A stretch of 63,738 bases of DNA, the filler included. It is 5 parts of 5 records of this genome, joined end to end, with 100 filler letters (N's around TTAATTAATTAA, not from the genome) between each part and the next. Parts side by side here need not be neighbours in the genome. Positions count along the whole stretch, not along the records: positions 1 to 18,646 come from SRR2962707_4672; positions 18,747 to 27,171 come from SRR2962707_4684; 3 more parts are not named here. The stretch is one strand, 5' to 3'. The notes under the pieces are model-generated. The model worked only from the letters and a program-made list of their open reading frames with translations. It did not search any database and was not told the origin of the DNA. The position numbers were made by a program, and so were the translations under genes. Positions within the stretch are counted from its first letter, which is position 1. Each line of letters begins with the position of its first letter. Shown piece after piece: positions 8,804 to 18,980 of this stretch.

Positions 8804-10674
8804 GTCACCTCTTTCCAGCGCAGGCAGCGGGTGCGGCGGCCTGGTTTTGGCAGCTCCATGGGAGGCGGGGCTGCATTGCAGGCGGCTGTGGCATGGGCGC
8901 AGCGCGGCGCGAAACGGCAGCCGGGGGGCATGGCGTTGGGCGCGGGTACGGTACCGGGGATGGCGACCAGCCGGTCGGCGCCGCCCTCGGGCACCGACGC
9001 GATGAGTGCTGCGGTATAGGGATGGCGGGGGCGGGCAAAGACCTGCGCCACGGGGCCATCCTCGACGACCTGCCCTGCATACATGACGGTCACGCGGTCG
9101 GCGATTTCCGACACCAGCGCAAGGTCGTGTGTGACAAAGATCAGGCCCATTTCGGGGGTGTCGCCCTTGAGCCTGCGGAACAGTTCGAGGATCTGCGCCT
9201 GAATGGTGGGATCCAGCGCGGTGGTCGGTTCATCCGCGATCAACAGCCGGGGATTGTTGGCGATGGACACGGCAATCATTGCCCGCTGGCGCTGCCCGCC
9301 CGAGAGTTCGTGCGGATAGGCACGCAGTCGGCGTTCCGGGTCGGGGATGCCAACGTGGCGTAGCAAGTTCACGACCTCGGTGTTCAGCGCGGCGTCGGGT
9401 AGGGAGCGGTGTGCGCGGATTGCCTCGGCCACCTGATCGCCGATGCGCAATACGGGGTTGAGCGCGGCAGAGGCATCCTGAAACACCATAGAGATTTCGC
9501 GCCCCCGCAGCGTGCGAAAGCCTTGTTCATCGAGCTGGCAGAGGTCAATCGGCGCGCCGTCGCGGGGTATGTAGCGGGCGGTGCCGCCCGAGACCGAGAG
9601 GCTGTCTGGCAGCAGGCCAGTCATGGCAAGGCCGGTGAGCGTCTTGCCCGAGCCAGATTCCCCGACCAGGGCCAGCGTTTCGCCGCGCTGCACCGAAATG
9701 CTGACATTCTGCACCAGCTCCATCGGTTGCTGCATGCCGTCGATCGCAATGGCAAGGTCGCGGATTTCCAGCAGGGGGGCCTGTGTTTGGTCAGACAGAA
9801 CTGCGGCGCGGGTTGGCTGACCGCTACGGTTCCGCGGGTTGCGCAACCAGAGCGCACCGCCAGCGGCGGTGGCCCGGGGGTCAAGCACGGATTGCAGCCG
9901 GTCGCAAAGCAGGTTGAAGGTCAGGATCGTGCCCGCCAGTGCCAGCGAGGGCCAGACCAACAGCAACGGCGACAGCTCCATCGCGCTTCGGGCGGCGCGG
10001 ATCATCAGGCCCCAGGACGGGGTCGGCGGCACCACGCCCAGGCCCAGAAAGCTGAGCCCGCTTTCAATCACCATCGCCGAGGCCACCACAAGCGACATCT
10101 GTACCAGCAGCGGCGGCATCACGTTGGGTAGAATAGTGCGCCACAGGATCAGAAGCGGGTGCGTGCCCATCGCGCGCTGTGCGGTGACAAAATCGAGGCC
10201 CTGCACTTGCAGCGTCGCGGCATAGATCACACGGGCATAGTTCGGCGTATAAAGGATGGTCAGCGCCAGGATCAGCGGCCAGGTGCCTGCGCCAAGTATG
10301 GTGACCACAAGTAGCGCCAAAAGCAAGGGCGGCAGGCAGAGGATGATTTCAGAGGCGCGTACGGTGACGATTTCGACCGCACCACGAAAATAGCCGCCCA
10401 GCAGGCCAAGGGTTGTGCCGATCACGGCGGCGGCCAACGCCGAGCCGACGGCGATGAACAGCGATGCCCGCCCGCCCCAGATCAGCCGGGCCAGCACATC
10501 GCGGCCAAATTCATCCTGGCCCAGCCAATGTTGGGCCGAGGGCGGCGCAAAGCGGTGCGGGATGTCCATGCCACGCACATCGGCAAGCGGCAGGATGGGG
10601 GCCAGCAAGACCAGCAGCACGATCACCGCAGCGATGCTTCCCGGCACGATGAGCTTGCGAACGGCGCGGTTCAT
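8800..10674 (-). CDS. fused ABC permease (DppC-like) + ATP-binding (DppD-like) protein
   Basis: N-half [26 protein letters not shown]-half [32 protein letters not shown] in one 624-aa ORF. Confidence 0.9.
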   Translation of the reverse strand: MNRAVRKLIVPGSIAAVIVLLVLLAPILPLADVRGMDIPHRFAPPSAQHWLGQDEFGRDVLARLIWGGRASLFIAVGSALAAAVIGTTLGLLGGYFRGAVEIVTVRASEIILCLPPLLLALLVVTILGAGTWPLILALTILYTPNYARVIYAATLQVQGLDFVTAQRAMGTHPLLILWRTILPNVMPPLLVQMSLVVASAMVIESGLSFLGLGVVPPTPSWGLMIRAARSAMELSPLLLVWPSLALAGTILTFNLLCDRLQSVLDPRATAAGGALWLRNPRNRSGQPTRAAVLSDQTQAPLLEIRDLAIAIDGMQQPMELVQNVSISVQRGETLALVGESGSGKTLTGLAMTGLLPDSLSVSGGTARYIPRDGAPIDLCQLDEQGFRTLRGREISMVFQDASAALNPVLRIGDQVAEAIRAHRSLPDAALNTEVVNLLRHVGIPDPERRLRAYPHELSGGQRQRAMIAVSIANNPRLLIADEPTTALDPTIQAQILELFRRLKGDTPEMGLIFVTHDLALVSEIADRVTVMYAGQVVEDGPVAQVFARPRHPYTAALIASVPEGGADRLVAIPGTVPAPNAMPPGCRFAPRCAHATAACNAAPPPMELPKPGRRTRCLRWKEVT

Positions 10675-11630
10675 GCGCGGGCCAGGACGATGCGTGGGTC
10701 AAGCGCGGCATTCACCACATCCACCAGCAGGTTTAGAAACACGAAGAGGATCGATATGGTCATCACGATGCCAACCACTTCGGGGTAATCGCGGGCATCG
10801 ACGGCAGAGACCAGGTAACCAGACAGCCCCGGCCAGTTGAACACGAATTCCACCAGTACCGTGCCGCCGATCAGGGTGCCCATTTCCAGCCCCAGCACGG
10901 TCAGCACCGGGATCATCGCGTTGCGCAGCACATGGCGGCGCAGGATGCGGCGATGACTGAGCCCCTTGGCGCGTGCGGTGCGGACATGATCGCGTTGCAG
11001 TACCTCGAGCACGGTGGCGCGGCTCATCCTTGTGATCACGGCGCAGAGGCCGAGGGCAACAGTGCCGGCGGGCAGCATCAGCAGCTTGAGGTGCTGCACC
11101 GGGTCTTCGGAAAAGGGCACAAAGCCGCCTGCAGGCAGGATGCGCAATTGTTGGGCAAAGATCAGGATCACCACAGAGCCCACAACAAACACCGGCGTCG
11201 ACAAGGCGGCAGAGGCGAACAGCGAAATCGCTGCATCCCATTTGCCATCGGCCCGGATTGCGGCAAAGGCCCCGGCGGGCACCCCCAACGCTGTGGCGAT
11301 AAGGGCGGCGGCAAGGATCACCTCTAACGTGCGGGGCAGGCGTTGAGCGATCTGCCCCACAACCGGCGCGCCGTCGCGGAACGACGCGCCAAGATCGCCG
11401 GTAAGGACACCGGCCAGATGCGACAGATACTGCTGCCAGAGCGGCTCGTTCAGGCCCATTTTTTCACGCAGGGCGGCCACGGCAGCCGGGTCGGCGGCGA
11501 TGGACCCCTGACTGAGCAACAGTTCGGCCGGGTCACCGGGGATCAGGTGCAGCAGCAGGAAAACGGTGGTGACCACGATCCAGACAAGGAACAGGGCCAC
11601 CAGGCTCCGGTATGCGATGTATCTGAGCAT
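10671..11630 (-). CDS. peptide ABC transporter permease (DppB-like)
   Basis: PGDPA, GDLGASF, RTARAKGL, HVLRNA, FNWPGL, RDYP. Confidence 0.95.
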   Translation of the reverse strand: MLRYIAYRSLVALFLVWIVVTTVFLLLHLIPGDPAELLLSQGSIAADPAAVAALREKMGLNEPLWQQYLSHLAGVLTGDLGASFRDGAPVVGQIAQRLPRTLEVILAAALIATALGVPAGAFAAIRADGKWDAAISLFASAALSTPVFVVGSVVILIFAQQLRILPAGGFVPFSEDPVQHLKLLMLPAGTVALGLCAVITRMSRATVLEVLQRDHVRTARAKGLSHRRILRRHVLRNAMIPVLTVLGLEMGTLIGGTVLVEFVFNWPGLSGYLVSAVDARDYPEVVGIVMTISILFVFLNLLVDVVNAALDPRIVLARA

Positions 11631-11640
11631 TCTGGGTGCT

Positions 11641-13173
11641 TCAGCCGAACATCGTCTCTTCCAGCGTGACGCCGGAATAGAAGATCAACTGGCCGGGCAT
11701 ACTTGTGAATCCGGTCACGCCGGATTTCATTGCATAGCCCTGCGAACGCCATGCCAAGCCGACCATCGGCGTGGTGTCGATGGCGATCTGTTCCATCTCC
11801 TTGTAAATCGCCTTGCGGTCTTCGATGTCAAAGGTCGAACGGCCCTTGGCAAAAAGTTCGCTGATTTCCGGCGTGGGCAGATCGTAGCTGCGCACAAAAC
11901 TGGCCGGAAGCGAACCGTCGAGCACGCTGCTCAGCCCGTCGGGGTCGTTGTTTGACGCGGCGGTGCCCATCACGGCAAGGTCATAACTGCCCTCATTGCC
12001 CTTTTGCACGCGGGTCGACCATTCCGGCAGATCCAGCTGGGCGTTGATGCCGATCATCGACAGATAGGCCTGGCAGACCTCGGCTGTGGACTGATGCATC
12101 CCATATTGCGCGGTGGCCAGCATGGTGCAGTCAAACCCGTCGGGATAGCCCGCCTCGGCCAGCAGGACCTTGGCTTTATCGGGGTCATAGTTCCAGGCAT
12201 CTTTGAATTCGGGATTGTAGAATTCCGAGCCTTCGGCGATCGGCAGATGTTCGAGCGCGCCGCCACGGTCATAGAAGGCGGCTGCCGCGATATCCTCGCG
12301 CTTGATCGCGTGGGCGACAGCGGCGCGGACCTTGGGGTTGTCAAACGGCGGACGGGAGCCGTTAAAGGTGAGATACATGAACGGGCCGTTGGTGGTTTGC
12401 AGTGCCAGTTCGTTGTTCTCCTCGATCTTGGTCATCGCCTGCCAAGGGACGTATTCGATCAGGTCGACATCACCGGCCTCAAGCGCGGCCACGCGCAGGT
12501 TTTCATCGGCGTAAACGATCGCCTCGATCCCGGCGAGCTTGGGCAGGTCTTCCTTATAGTAGCCGTCGAACGCCTTGAGGCTGAGCGACACACCGCGGTC
12601 GGCGGCTTCGAGCGTGAAGGGACCTGCGCCCATGGTGGTATCGCGTGGTTCACCCTTCTTGATCATCGGCATGTTGAAGTCGGCGAACCAGCCGGGCAGA
12701 ACCGCAAGCGGTTCCTCGGTGATCATGCGCACGGTCTTGTCATCTGGGATTTCAACGGCGGTGATCGCCGAAAGCTGGCCCTGAAAATGCGCCGCCGAGT
12801 CGGGTTTCTGCGCCTCGGTCACGTTCCAGGCGATGTCTTCGGCGGTGACGGGGGTGCCGTCGTGCCAGATGGCGTCGCGCAGTTTGAAGATCCAGGCACC
12901 GGAGTCGTCCACTTCCCAGCTTTCGGCCAGTTCGCCGCGCATGGTGCCGTCAGGCGCATAGTTGAGCAGGCCACGGTGGATCAGCAGCTTGATTGTGCCG
13001 GCAGAGGTGCCACTAGAGGCCCAGGCATCAAAGCTGGGCGGATAGGTGGAGAGTGCAAAGCGCAGCGTGCCGCCCTCTTGGGCGAGCAGGTCGCGCGGGC
13101 CAAGGAAGGCAAGGCCACCGGCGAGCGCGCCGGTCGAGGCGAGGAATCCGCGGCGGTTCAAACGTGTTATCAT
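11641..13173 (-). CDS. peptide/nickel ABC transporter substrate-binding protein (family 5), Tat-exported
   Basis: Twin-arginine signal 'NRRGFL', GELAESWE, WHDGTPVTAEDI, PFDNPKVRAA. Confidence 0.92.
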   Translation of the reverse strand: MITRLNRRGFLASTGALAGGLAFLGPRDLLAQEGGTLRFALSTYPPSFDAWASSGTSAGTIKLLIHRGLLNYAPDGTMRGELAESWEVDDSGAWIFKLRDAIWHDGTPVTAEDIAWNVTEAQKPDSAAHFQGQLSAITAVEIPDDKTVRMITEEPLAVLPGWFADFNMPMIKKGEPRDTTMGAGPFTLEAADRGVSLSLKAFDGYYKEDLPKLAGIEAIVYADENLRVAALEAGDVDLIEYVPWQAMTKIEENNELALQTTNGPFMYLTFNGSRPPFDNPKVRAAVAHAIKREDIAAAAFYDRGGALEHLPIAEGSEFYNPEFKDAWNYDPDKAKVLLAEAGYPDGFDCTMLATAQYGMHQSTAEVCQAYLSMIGINAQLDLPEWSTRVQKGNEGSYDLAVMGTAASNNDPDGLSSVLDGSLPASFVRSYDLPTPEISELFAKGRSTFDIEDRKAIYKEMEQIAIDTTPMVGLAWRSQGYAMKSGVTGFTSMPGQLIFYSGVTLEETMFG

Positions 13174-13239
13174 CGTTCAGGTCTCCTTGTTGGGGTGTGG
13201 GCTCTTGCTGGCCCTTGGATGAAATGGATGGGGCTGGCG

Positions 13240-14829
13240 CTATTCTGCGGCTAGTTTGCTGGCTTCGGTGTCGGGCGGGCCATAGCCGCCGCCGCCGGGT
13301 GTGATGACCTCAAGCCATTCACCGGCGCGCAGGGTGCCCTGACCACGGTCAAAGGCCGGAGTTTGGGGGCTGGTGATGTAGCCGCCGTGCCCACCCGGCC
13401 CGCCGCCCAAAAGGCCCCAGGACCGAGACAGATTGCGCGAGATGTCGACGCGGACCATGCAATCTTCGGTCGCGCGGTAGACCCGACGCAGGCCCATGCC
13501 GCCCCGGTGTTTGCCAATGCCGGACGATCCGTCGACCAGCTCATAACGTTCAAGGATCAGCGGATATTCCACTTCCAGCGCCTCGACCGGCAGGTTTGAG
13601 GTGTTGGTGGCATGGACGTGGATACCGTCCAACCCGTCGGAATCCGGGCGGCCGCCACCGCCGCCGCCGATGGTTTCCAGGTAAACCCAGTACGTACCCT
13701 TGTCCGGGCCGCTTTGCCGGGTGCCGGAAAACAACGCCACGGTGCAGGTCGAATTGGTGCAGGCTGACACCCGCTCGGGCACCGCCTGTGCAATGGCGCC
13801 AAGGATCAGGTCAGCGACCCGCTGGCAGGTCTGCACCCGACCGTTGACCGCCGCCGGATGAGAACAATTGAGGATCGAGCCGCCCGGCGCAGTGACTGTG
13901 ATGGGCCGCGCAAGGCCGGCGTTGGGCAGCACGGTCGGATCGACCACGGATTTCACGATGTAATAGACCGTGGCCAGGAGCGCCGTGCGGGTCATGTTTA
14001 TGCCCGAACGCACCTGCGGCGGCGCGCCAAAGGCCAAGGAAATTTCGCTGCCTGAAATAGTGACGGTGACTGACAGGGGGATAGTTTCGTCAAAGTCGAG
14101 GTTGTCAAAGACATCCTCAAAATACCAGCTGCCATCAGGCAGGGCGTCGATCCCGGCGCGCATCTTGCGTTCGGCATAATCCAGCAGAGCCTCACCCGAG
14201 GCAAGCACGGTGTCCAGCCTGTGGCGGGTGCAGAGTTCCTGAAACCGCTGCACGCCGACGCGATTCGCGGCCATCTGTGCACGCAGGTCCGACAGCCGTT
14301 CGCGCGGCACCTGACAGTTGAGCAGGATCAGCTCCTGCACATCCTTTTGCAGCACGCCCGCACGATAAAGCCGGATGGGCGGAATCCGCAGCCCTTCCTG
14401 ATAGATATGGGCATGGGCGCGGTCTACGAAATCAGAGTGATGCGCAAGATTCACCGTCCAGGCGACCAGCGCGTCGTCGATAAAGATTGGTTCTGCCAGC
14501 ACGATATCGGGCAGGTGGGTGCCGCCGCCACGATAGGCATCATTGCCGATGAACACATCGCCGGGACGCATGTCTGCAGGATCGTGATCGGCCAGAAGCA
14601 TCGGAATGAAATCTAGGAAGCTGCCAAGATGCACCGGGATATGTTCAGCCTGACACAGCGTGCGGCCCCGCCGGTCAAAAAGTGCTGTGGAGCAGTCGCG
14701 GCGTTCCTTGATGTTGGTGGAGTAGGAAGCGCGCACCAAGGCTTCGCCGGTTTCCTCAACGATGGAGGAGAGGGCGGCGCCGATGACTTCGACCGTGATC
14801 GGGTCGAGACTGGGCATCTTATCGGTCAT
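13240..14829 (-). CDS. hydantoinase B / oxoprolinase family subunit
   Basis: YSTNIKERRDCS, HIPVHLGS, GGTHLPD, QEGLRIPP, TPGGGGYG; start taken at MTDKMP. Confidence 0.93.
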   Translation of the reverse strand: MTDKMPSLDPITVEVIGAALSSIVEETGEALVRASYSTNIKERRDCSTALFDRRGRTLCQAEHIPVHLGSFLDFIPMLLADHDPADMRPGDVFIGNDAYRGGGTHLPDIVLAEPIFIDDALVAWTVNLAHHSDFVDRAHAHIYQEGLRIPPIRLYRAGVLQKDVQELILLNCQVPRERLSDLRAQMAANRVGVQRFQELCTRHRLDTVLASGEALLDYAERKMRAGIDALPDGSWYFEDVFDNLDFDETIPLSVTVTISGSEISLAFGAPPQVRSGINMTRTALLATVYYIVKSVVDPTVLPNAGLARPITVTAPGGSILNCSHPAAVNGRVQTCQRVADLILGAIAQAVPERVSACTNSTCTVALFSGTRQSGPDKGTYWVYLETIGGGGGGRPDSDGLDGIHVHATNTSNLPVEALEVEYPLILERYELVDGSSGIGKHRGGMGLRRVYRATEDCMVRVDISRNLSRSWGLLGGGPGGHGGYITSPQTPAFDRGQGTLRAGEWLEVITPGGGGYGPPDTEASKLAAE

Positions 14830-16924
14830 CGGAAAGCTCCAGCACGAGGTTTTCGATTTCATCCACACGAACGGTCACGCCGGGCGGGACAAGCGTTGTG
14901 GTGTCCATCTGTTCGACGATTGCGGGCCCGGCAAAGACCATGCCCGGCGCAAGGCGGTCACGTGCATAAAGTTTGCTATCGGTGAAGGCGGCGGTTTCGG
15001 GAAACCAGACTTCGCGGTTGCCTGTAACGGCGGAGGTGGCATCGGTGGAGGTAAGGGCGTGACGCGGCAGTTCGGCCTTTTGCACCAGACCCAGCGCCTC
15101 GGCGCGGAAGGTGACGCATAGGATACGTTCCTCGGGCACGGCAAATCCGTACATGCGTTCATGTGCCTCGGCAAAGCCCTGCTTGAGCAGGGTGAGGGTG
15201 TCCGCGGTGATCGCACCGTCGGGCACCGGAATCGAGAGTTCGTAGTTCTGCCCCTCATAGCGCAGATCGACGCGGCGATTGCTGCGGCGTTGATCGGCGG
15301 GGATGGCTTCGGACTCAAACCACCGGCCGGCCTCGGCCTCGGCATATTCCACCGCGTCGCGGATCGCTTCAAAGGCGCTGTCCTGCAGGGGGATCAGCCG
15401 GGTGGTCGAAAAATCGGCGCGCAGATCGGTGAGCAGCAACCCCATTGCGCAGAGAATGCCGGGATTACGTGGGATCAGAACACGGGACATGCCCAACTCT
15501 TGTGCCAGCCGAACCGCGTGTAGCGGACCCGCGCCGCCAAAGGCCATCAACGCATAGCCGCGCGGATCATGGCCGCGCTGGACTGAGATCACCCGGATCG
15601 CCTTGGCCATATTGGCTGTCACAACCGAGATGATGCCCTGCGCGGTGTCCATCACCGTCATGCCCAGCCTGTCGGCCATTGTGCCGATTGCCTCGAATGC
15701 CAGATCGCGGCTGACCTTCATGCGACCGTCCAGAAGATGCGTCGGATTCAGCACCTGCAGCACGATATTGGCGTCCGTCACAGTTGGTTCCGTCGCGCCG
15801 CGCCCGTAACAGACCGGGCCGGGGTCGGCACCAGCACTTTCCGGCCCAACCTTAAGCAAGCCGCCTGAGTCAATCGAGGCGATCGATCCGCCACCCGCGC
15901 CAACGGTGTGAATGTCGAGCATCGGTGCCTTGATCGGATAGCCGTGGACCGTGCTTTCGTTGACCCGCGCAGTACGGCCTTGCGCCATCAGCGCCACATC
16001 CGAAGAGGTGCCGCCCATGTCAAAGGTGATAATATCGGGATATCCGGCCTGTTCGCCAATCGCCTGTGCTGCGACCACGCCGGTCGAGGGACCGGAAAGC
16101 ACCGCGCGCACCGGTGTTTGCGCTGCCACTTCGAACCGCACGACGCCGCCGTTGGACTGGGTCAAATGCGGCGGCACCGGAAGGCCCAGATCCCGCAGGC
16201 GGGGTGTCAGACGGCTGATATAGCGGTGCATGATCGGGCCGAGATAGGCGTTGACCGTCGCAGTCGATAAGCGTTCGAATTCGCGGAACTCGGGTGCGAT
16301 TTCATGGCTGGCGCAGAGGAACACGCCGGGCATTTCCTGTTCGACGATGCGACGGGCCTGCTGTTCATGGGCCGGATTCACAAAGGCATAGAGGAAACAG
16401 ATTGCCACCGATTCAACTCCGGCCTCTTTCAGGGCGCGGGCGGCGGCGCGCACCGCATCCGCGTCCAGAGCGCAAGTGATTTCGCCGGTTTGCTGGATCC
16501 GTTCGGGAACCTCAAATCGCAGGGCGCGGGGAACGAGGGTAGGGGGCTTGTTGGCAAACAGATCGTAAAGGTCGGGACGTTTTTGCCGACCGATTTCCAG
16601 CAAGTCGCGGAAACCTTCGGTGGTGATCAGCCCGACGCGCGCGCCGCGCTGGGTGATCAGCGCGTTGGTGGCGACAGTGGTGCCATGACCAAGATAGGAG
16701 ATCGCAGCGGCGGGGGCACCCACAGTGTCGACGCAGGCGGTCATGCCGTCTTCGACTCCCTGAGCGATGCCGCGCGACGGATCGTCGGGGGTTGAGGACA
16801 CTTTCCAAACGGCGATCTGGCCATTGTCCTGATTGAACATGCAGACATCGGTGAACGTGCCGCCGGAATCGACGCCCACGCGCCAGCTGTCTTTGGCCTC
16901 CGTTTTCTGCCCTCCATCCATCAT
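14819..16924 (-). CDS. hydantoinase A / oxoprolinase family subunit (ATP-binding)
   Basis: GVDSGGTFTD, HGTTVATNA, DMGGTSSD, GAGGGSIA, GPESAGADPGP, FGGAGPLHA. Confidence 0.95.
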   Translation of the reverse strand: MMDGGQKTEAKDSWRVGVDSGGTFTDVCMFNQDNGQIAVWKVSSTPDDPSRGIAQGVEDGMTACVDTVGAPAAAISYLGHGTTVATNALITQRGARVGLITTEGFRDLLEIGRQKRPDLYDLFANKPPTLVPRALRFEVPERIQQTGEITCALDADAVRAAARALKEAGVESVAICFLYAFVNPAHEQQARRIVEQEMPGVFLCASHEIAPEFREFERLSTATVNAYLGPIMHRYISRLTPRLRDLGLPVPPHLTQSNGGVVRFEVAAQTPVRAVLSGPSTGVVAAQAIGEQAGYPDIITFDMGGTSSDVALMAQGRTARVNESTVHGYPIKAPMLDIHTVGAGGGSIASIDSGGLLKVGPESAGADPGPVCYGRGATEPTVTDANIVLQVLNPTHLLDGRMKVSRDLAFEAIGTMADRLGMTVMDTAQGIISVVTANMAKAIRVISVQRGHDPRGYALMAFGGAGPLHAVRLAQELGMSRVLIPRNPGILCAMGLLLTDLRADFSTTRLIPLQDSAFEAIRDAVEYAEAEAGRWFESEAIPADQRRSNRRVDLRYEGQNYELSIPVPDGAITADTLTLLKQGFAEAHERMYGFAVPEERILCVTFRAEALGLVQKAELPRHALTSTDATSAVTGNREVWFPETAAFTDSKLYARDRLAPGMVFAGPAIVEQMDTTTLVPPGVTVRVDEIENLVLELSDDR

Positions 16925-17040
16925 TTCTTTATTGCCTTTGTGGTGTGTTCTACAAGTATACAAGAAGAATACGTAGCGCCTGTCCAGAAGAAATGTATTT
17001 CGGAGTACAACGCGGAGCGGATTTTGTGGTGGAGTGATGA
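16925..17040. promoter_or_regulatory. divergent promoter region with candidate GntR/FadR-type operator
   Basis: AT-rich gap between hydantoinase A and GntR; TACAAGTATACAAG at 16951-16964 has a GTATAC palindromic core resembling FadR-subfamily sites. Confidence 0.45.
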
Positions 17041-17733
17041 ATGGATGGACAGAATAAGCCAGGCCCGGCCGAAGGCGGGGCGCTGTCGGCCGAGTTCGGC
17101 GGCGGGGCAACGGCGCGCGAGCGAGCCTATGCCGGGATCCGTGCCGCTATTCTGAGCGGGACCTTCGCGCCGGGGCGATTCATCGAAGAGGCTATTGCCT
17201 GTGAGTTGACCGGCGTGTCGCGCTCTCCGGTGCGCGAGGCATTGAATCGGCTTGCGGCCGAGGGATTTGTTGAACTGCACCCAAGGCGCGGCGCAATGGT
17301 TAAGTTGCTGTCCGCCGCTGAGTTTGAGGATCTGTGCGAGGTGCGGCACATGATCGAAAGCCATGCTGTGCGACGCATATGCCGGGGTGGCCACACGGTG
17401 CCAGTCCGGCTCGATCAATTGTGTGAAGCGCAAGTGGTCCTGTCTGTGGATGACCTGCTGGGAAGCGTAGAGATCAACCGCAGGTTCCATCAGGCGATTG
17501 TGGCCGCATCGGGCAACACGGTTCTGGTGCAGGTGTTTGACAATCTGCAGGCGAACCTGACCCGCGTTGCGATGCTATCGTTGAAGCTTGGCGTCGGGCA
17601 GAATGATGTGATCGTGCGCGAACACCGCGCTCTGGTGGCGGCGCTGCGGGAGCATGACGAAGATATGGCGTTGAGCATCCTTGACCGCCATCTGATGGGG
17701 ATGCCACGGCTCAAGGCTCTGCTGCCCGGCTGA
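17041..17733 (+). CDS. GntR-family regulator (FCD domain)
   Basis: GVSRSPVREALNRLAAEG HTH; NRRFH and EHRALV FCD motifs. Confidence 0.93.
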   Translation: MDGQNKPGPAEGGALSAEFGGGATARERAYAGIRAAILSGTFAPGRFIEEAIACELTGVSRSPVREALNRLAAEGFVELHPRRGAMVKLLSAAEFEDLCEVRHMIESHAVRRICRGGHTVPVRLDQLCEAQVVLSVDDLLGSVEINRRFHQAIVAASGNTVLVQVFDNLQANLTRVAMLSLKLGVGQNDVIVREHRALVAALREHDEDMALSILDRHLMGMPRLKALLPG

Positions 17734-18149
17734 AATTTGTGGGCCGATGTCGCCAAGGTGTGAGAATGCCCGCTATGCAATGAGATTTGCCTGAGTCCTG
17801 AACCGCGTTCTGGCCTGTGATTGCCTTGGGTCATTGGAAACCCGCACCCTAGGCAGCGTCCAATCCAATTTTTTTTCGCGGGTCAGGAAAATCTTATTGG
17901 CCACCTTGTGCGCCTGGTCGCGGGGGCAGCTTACTGTGGCGAACCGACAGGGCGGCGTTAGCCTCGTCGATTAATCGCCCCGCTATCGGCCGAATCTGGC
18001 CTATTCTGTCCATCTACTGACCACCTCACAGCAAAATCCACTTCGCTGGCGCCGGATAGACATTTGCAACTTGGGACTTGGCGGCGGAACCGATCAGAGA
18101 AAATCTTGCAATGGGAGAGACATTCATAGACGAAAAAAGAGGCGATGCT

Positions 18150-18618
18150 CATGCCATGAGCACGATGTCCTTTTACAAATGGCGGGCGAAGTATGGCGGG
18201 ATGGATGCGTCAAGGATCGCGCAGACCAAGGCGCTTGAAGACGAGAACCGACGCCTGAAGAAGATGTTCGCGGAACTCAGCATGCAGAACGAATTGCTGA
18301 AGGAAGCCCTTGGAAAAAAATAGCGGGGCCATCCACTGCCCTCTCATGGTTTGCATGCAAGCCATGAGAGGGTCAGAGACGAGAGATGGGCGCAACGGCG
18401 GTGGAGCGACGTGGGGACAAGCATCGCTATGGCTTGCCGCGCATTCGAGTCAGCGAGACGTGCTATCGCTACAGCCTGCTTCTGAGCGCCGAGAACGAGC
18501 AGATCGCGGATCTGCTGGTTGGCTTGACCGAGGCGCGGAAGACCTGGGGTTTTGGGCTATGTTTTTTTGCACCTGCGCAACGTCAAAGGACACGACTGGA
18601 ACCATAAAAGAGTCAACC
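18150..18618 (+). mobile_element. IS3-family insertion sequence remnant (truncated orfA, frameshifted orfB)
   Basis: orfA 'FYKWRAKYGGMDAS...LEDENRRLKKMFAELS...LGKK' ends on a slippery A7 run; orfB pieces 'SETCYRY...WGFGLCF..LRNVKGHDWNHKRV'; no DDE domain. Confidence 0.85.
18334..18372. repeat. 39-bp palindromic insertion inside the IS3 frameshift region
   Basis: CACTG followed by CCCTCTCATGG-T-TTGCATGCAA-G-CCATGAGAGGG (34-bp near-perfect palindrome, 18339-18372). Confidence 0.7.
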
Positions 18619-18646
18619 TGGACCTGTCACGGTTTCGTGCCGCCCC

Positions 18647-18746
18647 NNNNNNNNNNNNNNNNNNNNNNNNNNNNNNNNNNNNNNNNNNNNTTAATTAATT
18701 AANNNNNNNNNNNNNNNNNNNNNNNNNNNNNNNNNNNNNNNNNNNN
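18647..18746. other. artificial contig spacer
   Basis: N44-TTAATTAATTAA-N44; the linker has stops in all six frames. Confidence 0.99.
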
Positions 18747-18929
18747 CGCGGCGCCAACAATATCCGCTTCCTCTGCCTGCTCGCGGCGCCTGAAGGGATC
18801 AAGCACTTCACCGAGGCCCACCCCGACGTGCCGGTCTATACCGCCGCCATCGACGATCACCTCAATGAAAAGGGCTATATCGTCCCCGGCCTCGGCGATG
18901 CCGGAGACCGCATGTACGGCACGCGATAG
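18747..18929 (+). CDS. upp: uracil phosphoribosyltransferase, C-terminal part (5'-truncated by contig edge)
   Basis: Translates to ...LLAAPEGI...[36 protein letters not shown]. Confidence 0.95.
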   Translation, partial: RGANNIRFLCLLAAPEGIKHFTEAHPDVPVYTAAIDDHLNEKGYIVPGLGDAGDRMYGTR

Positions 18930-18934
18930 CCTTC

Positions 18935-18963
18935 TTTTCTTCTCCCCGATGGGGAGAAGAAAA
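18935..18963. terminator. bidirectional intrinsic terminator
   Basis: TTTTCTTCTCCCC-GAT-GGGGAGAAGAAAA hairpin between convergent upp and HAD genes. Confidence 0.75.
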
Positions 18964-18980
18964 TTGCCCTGACGCGCGTC

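Noticed and set aside
12004-13254. Long antisense ORFs (e.g. 12004-13254, 19029-20234, 23142-24179, 57108-58154, 1467-2390)
   Set aside because: Shadow ORFs opposite well-supported genes in GC-rich DNA, with no recognisable motifs.
18146-18162. TGCTCATG-C-CATGAGCA palindrome at the start of IS similarity
   Set aside because: Short and partly explained by transposase codons; no independent support for function.
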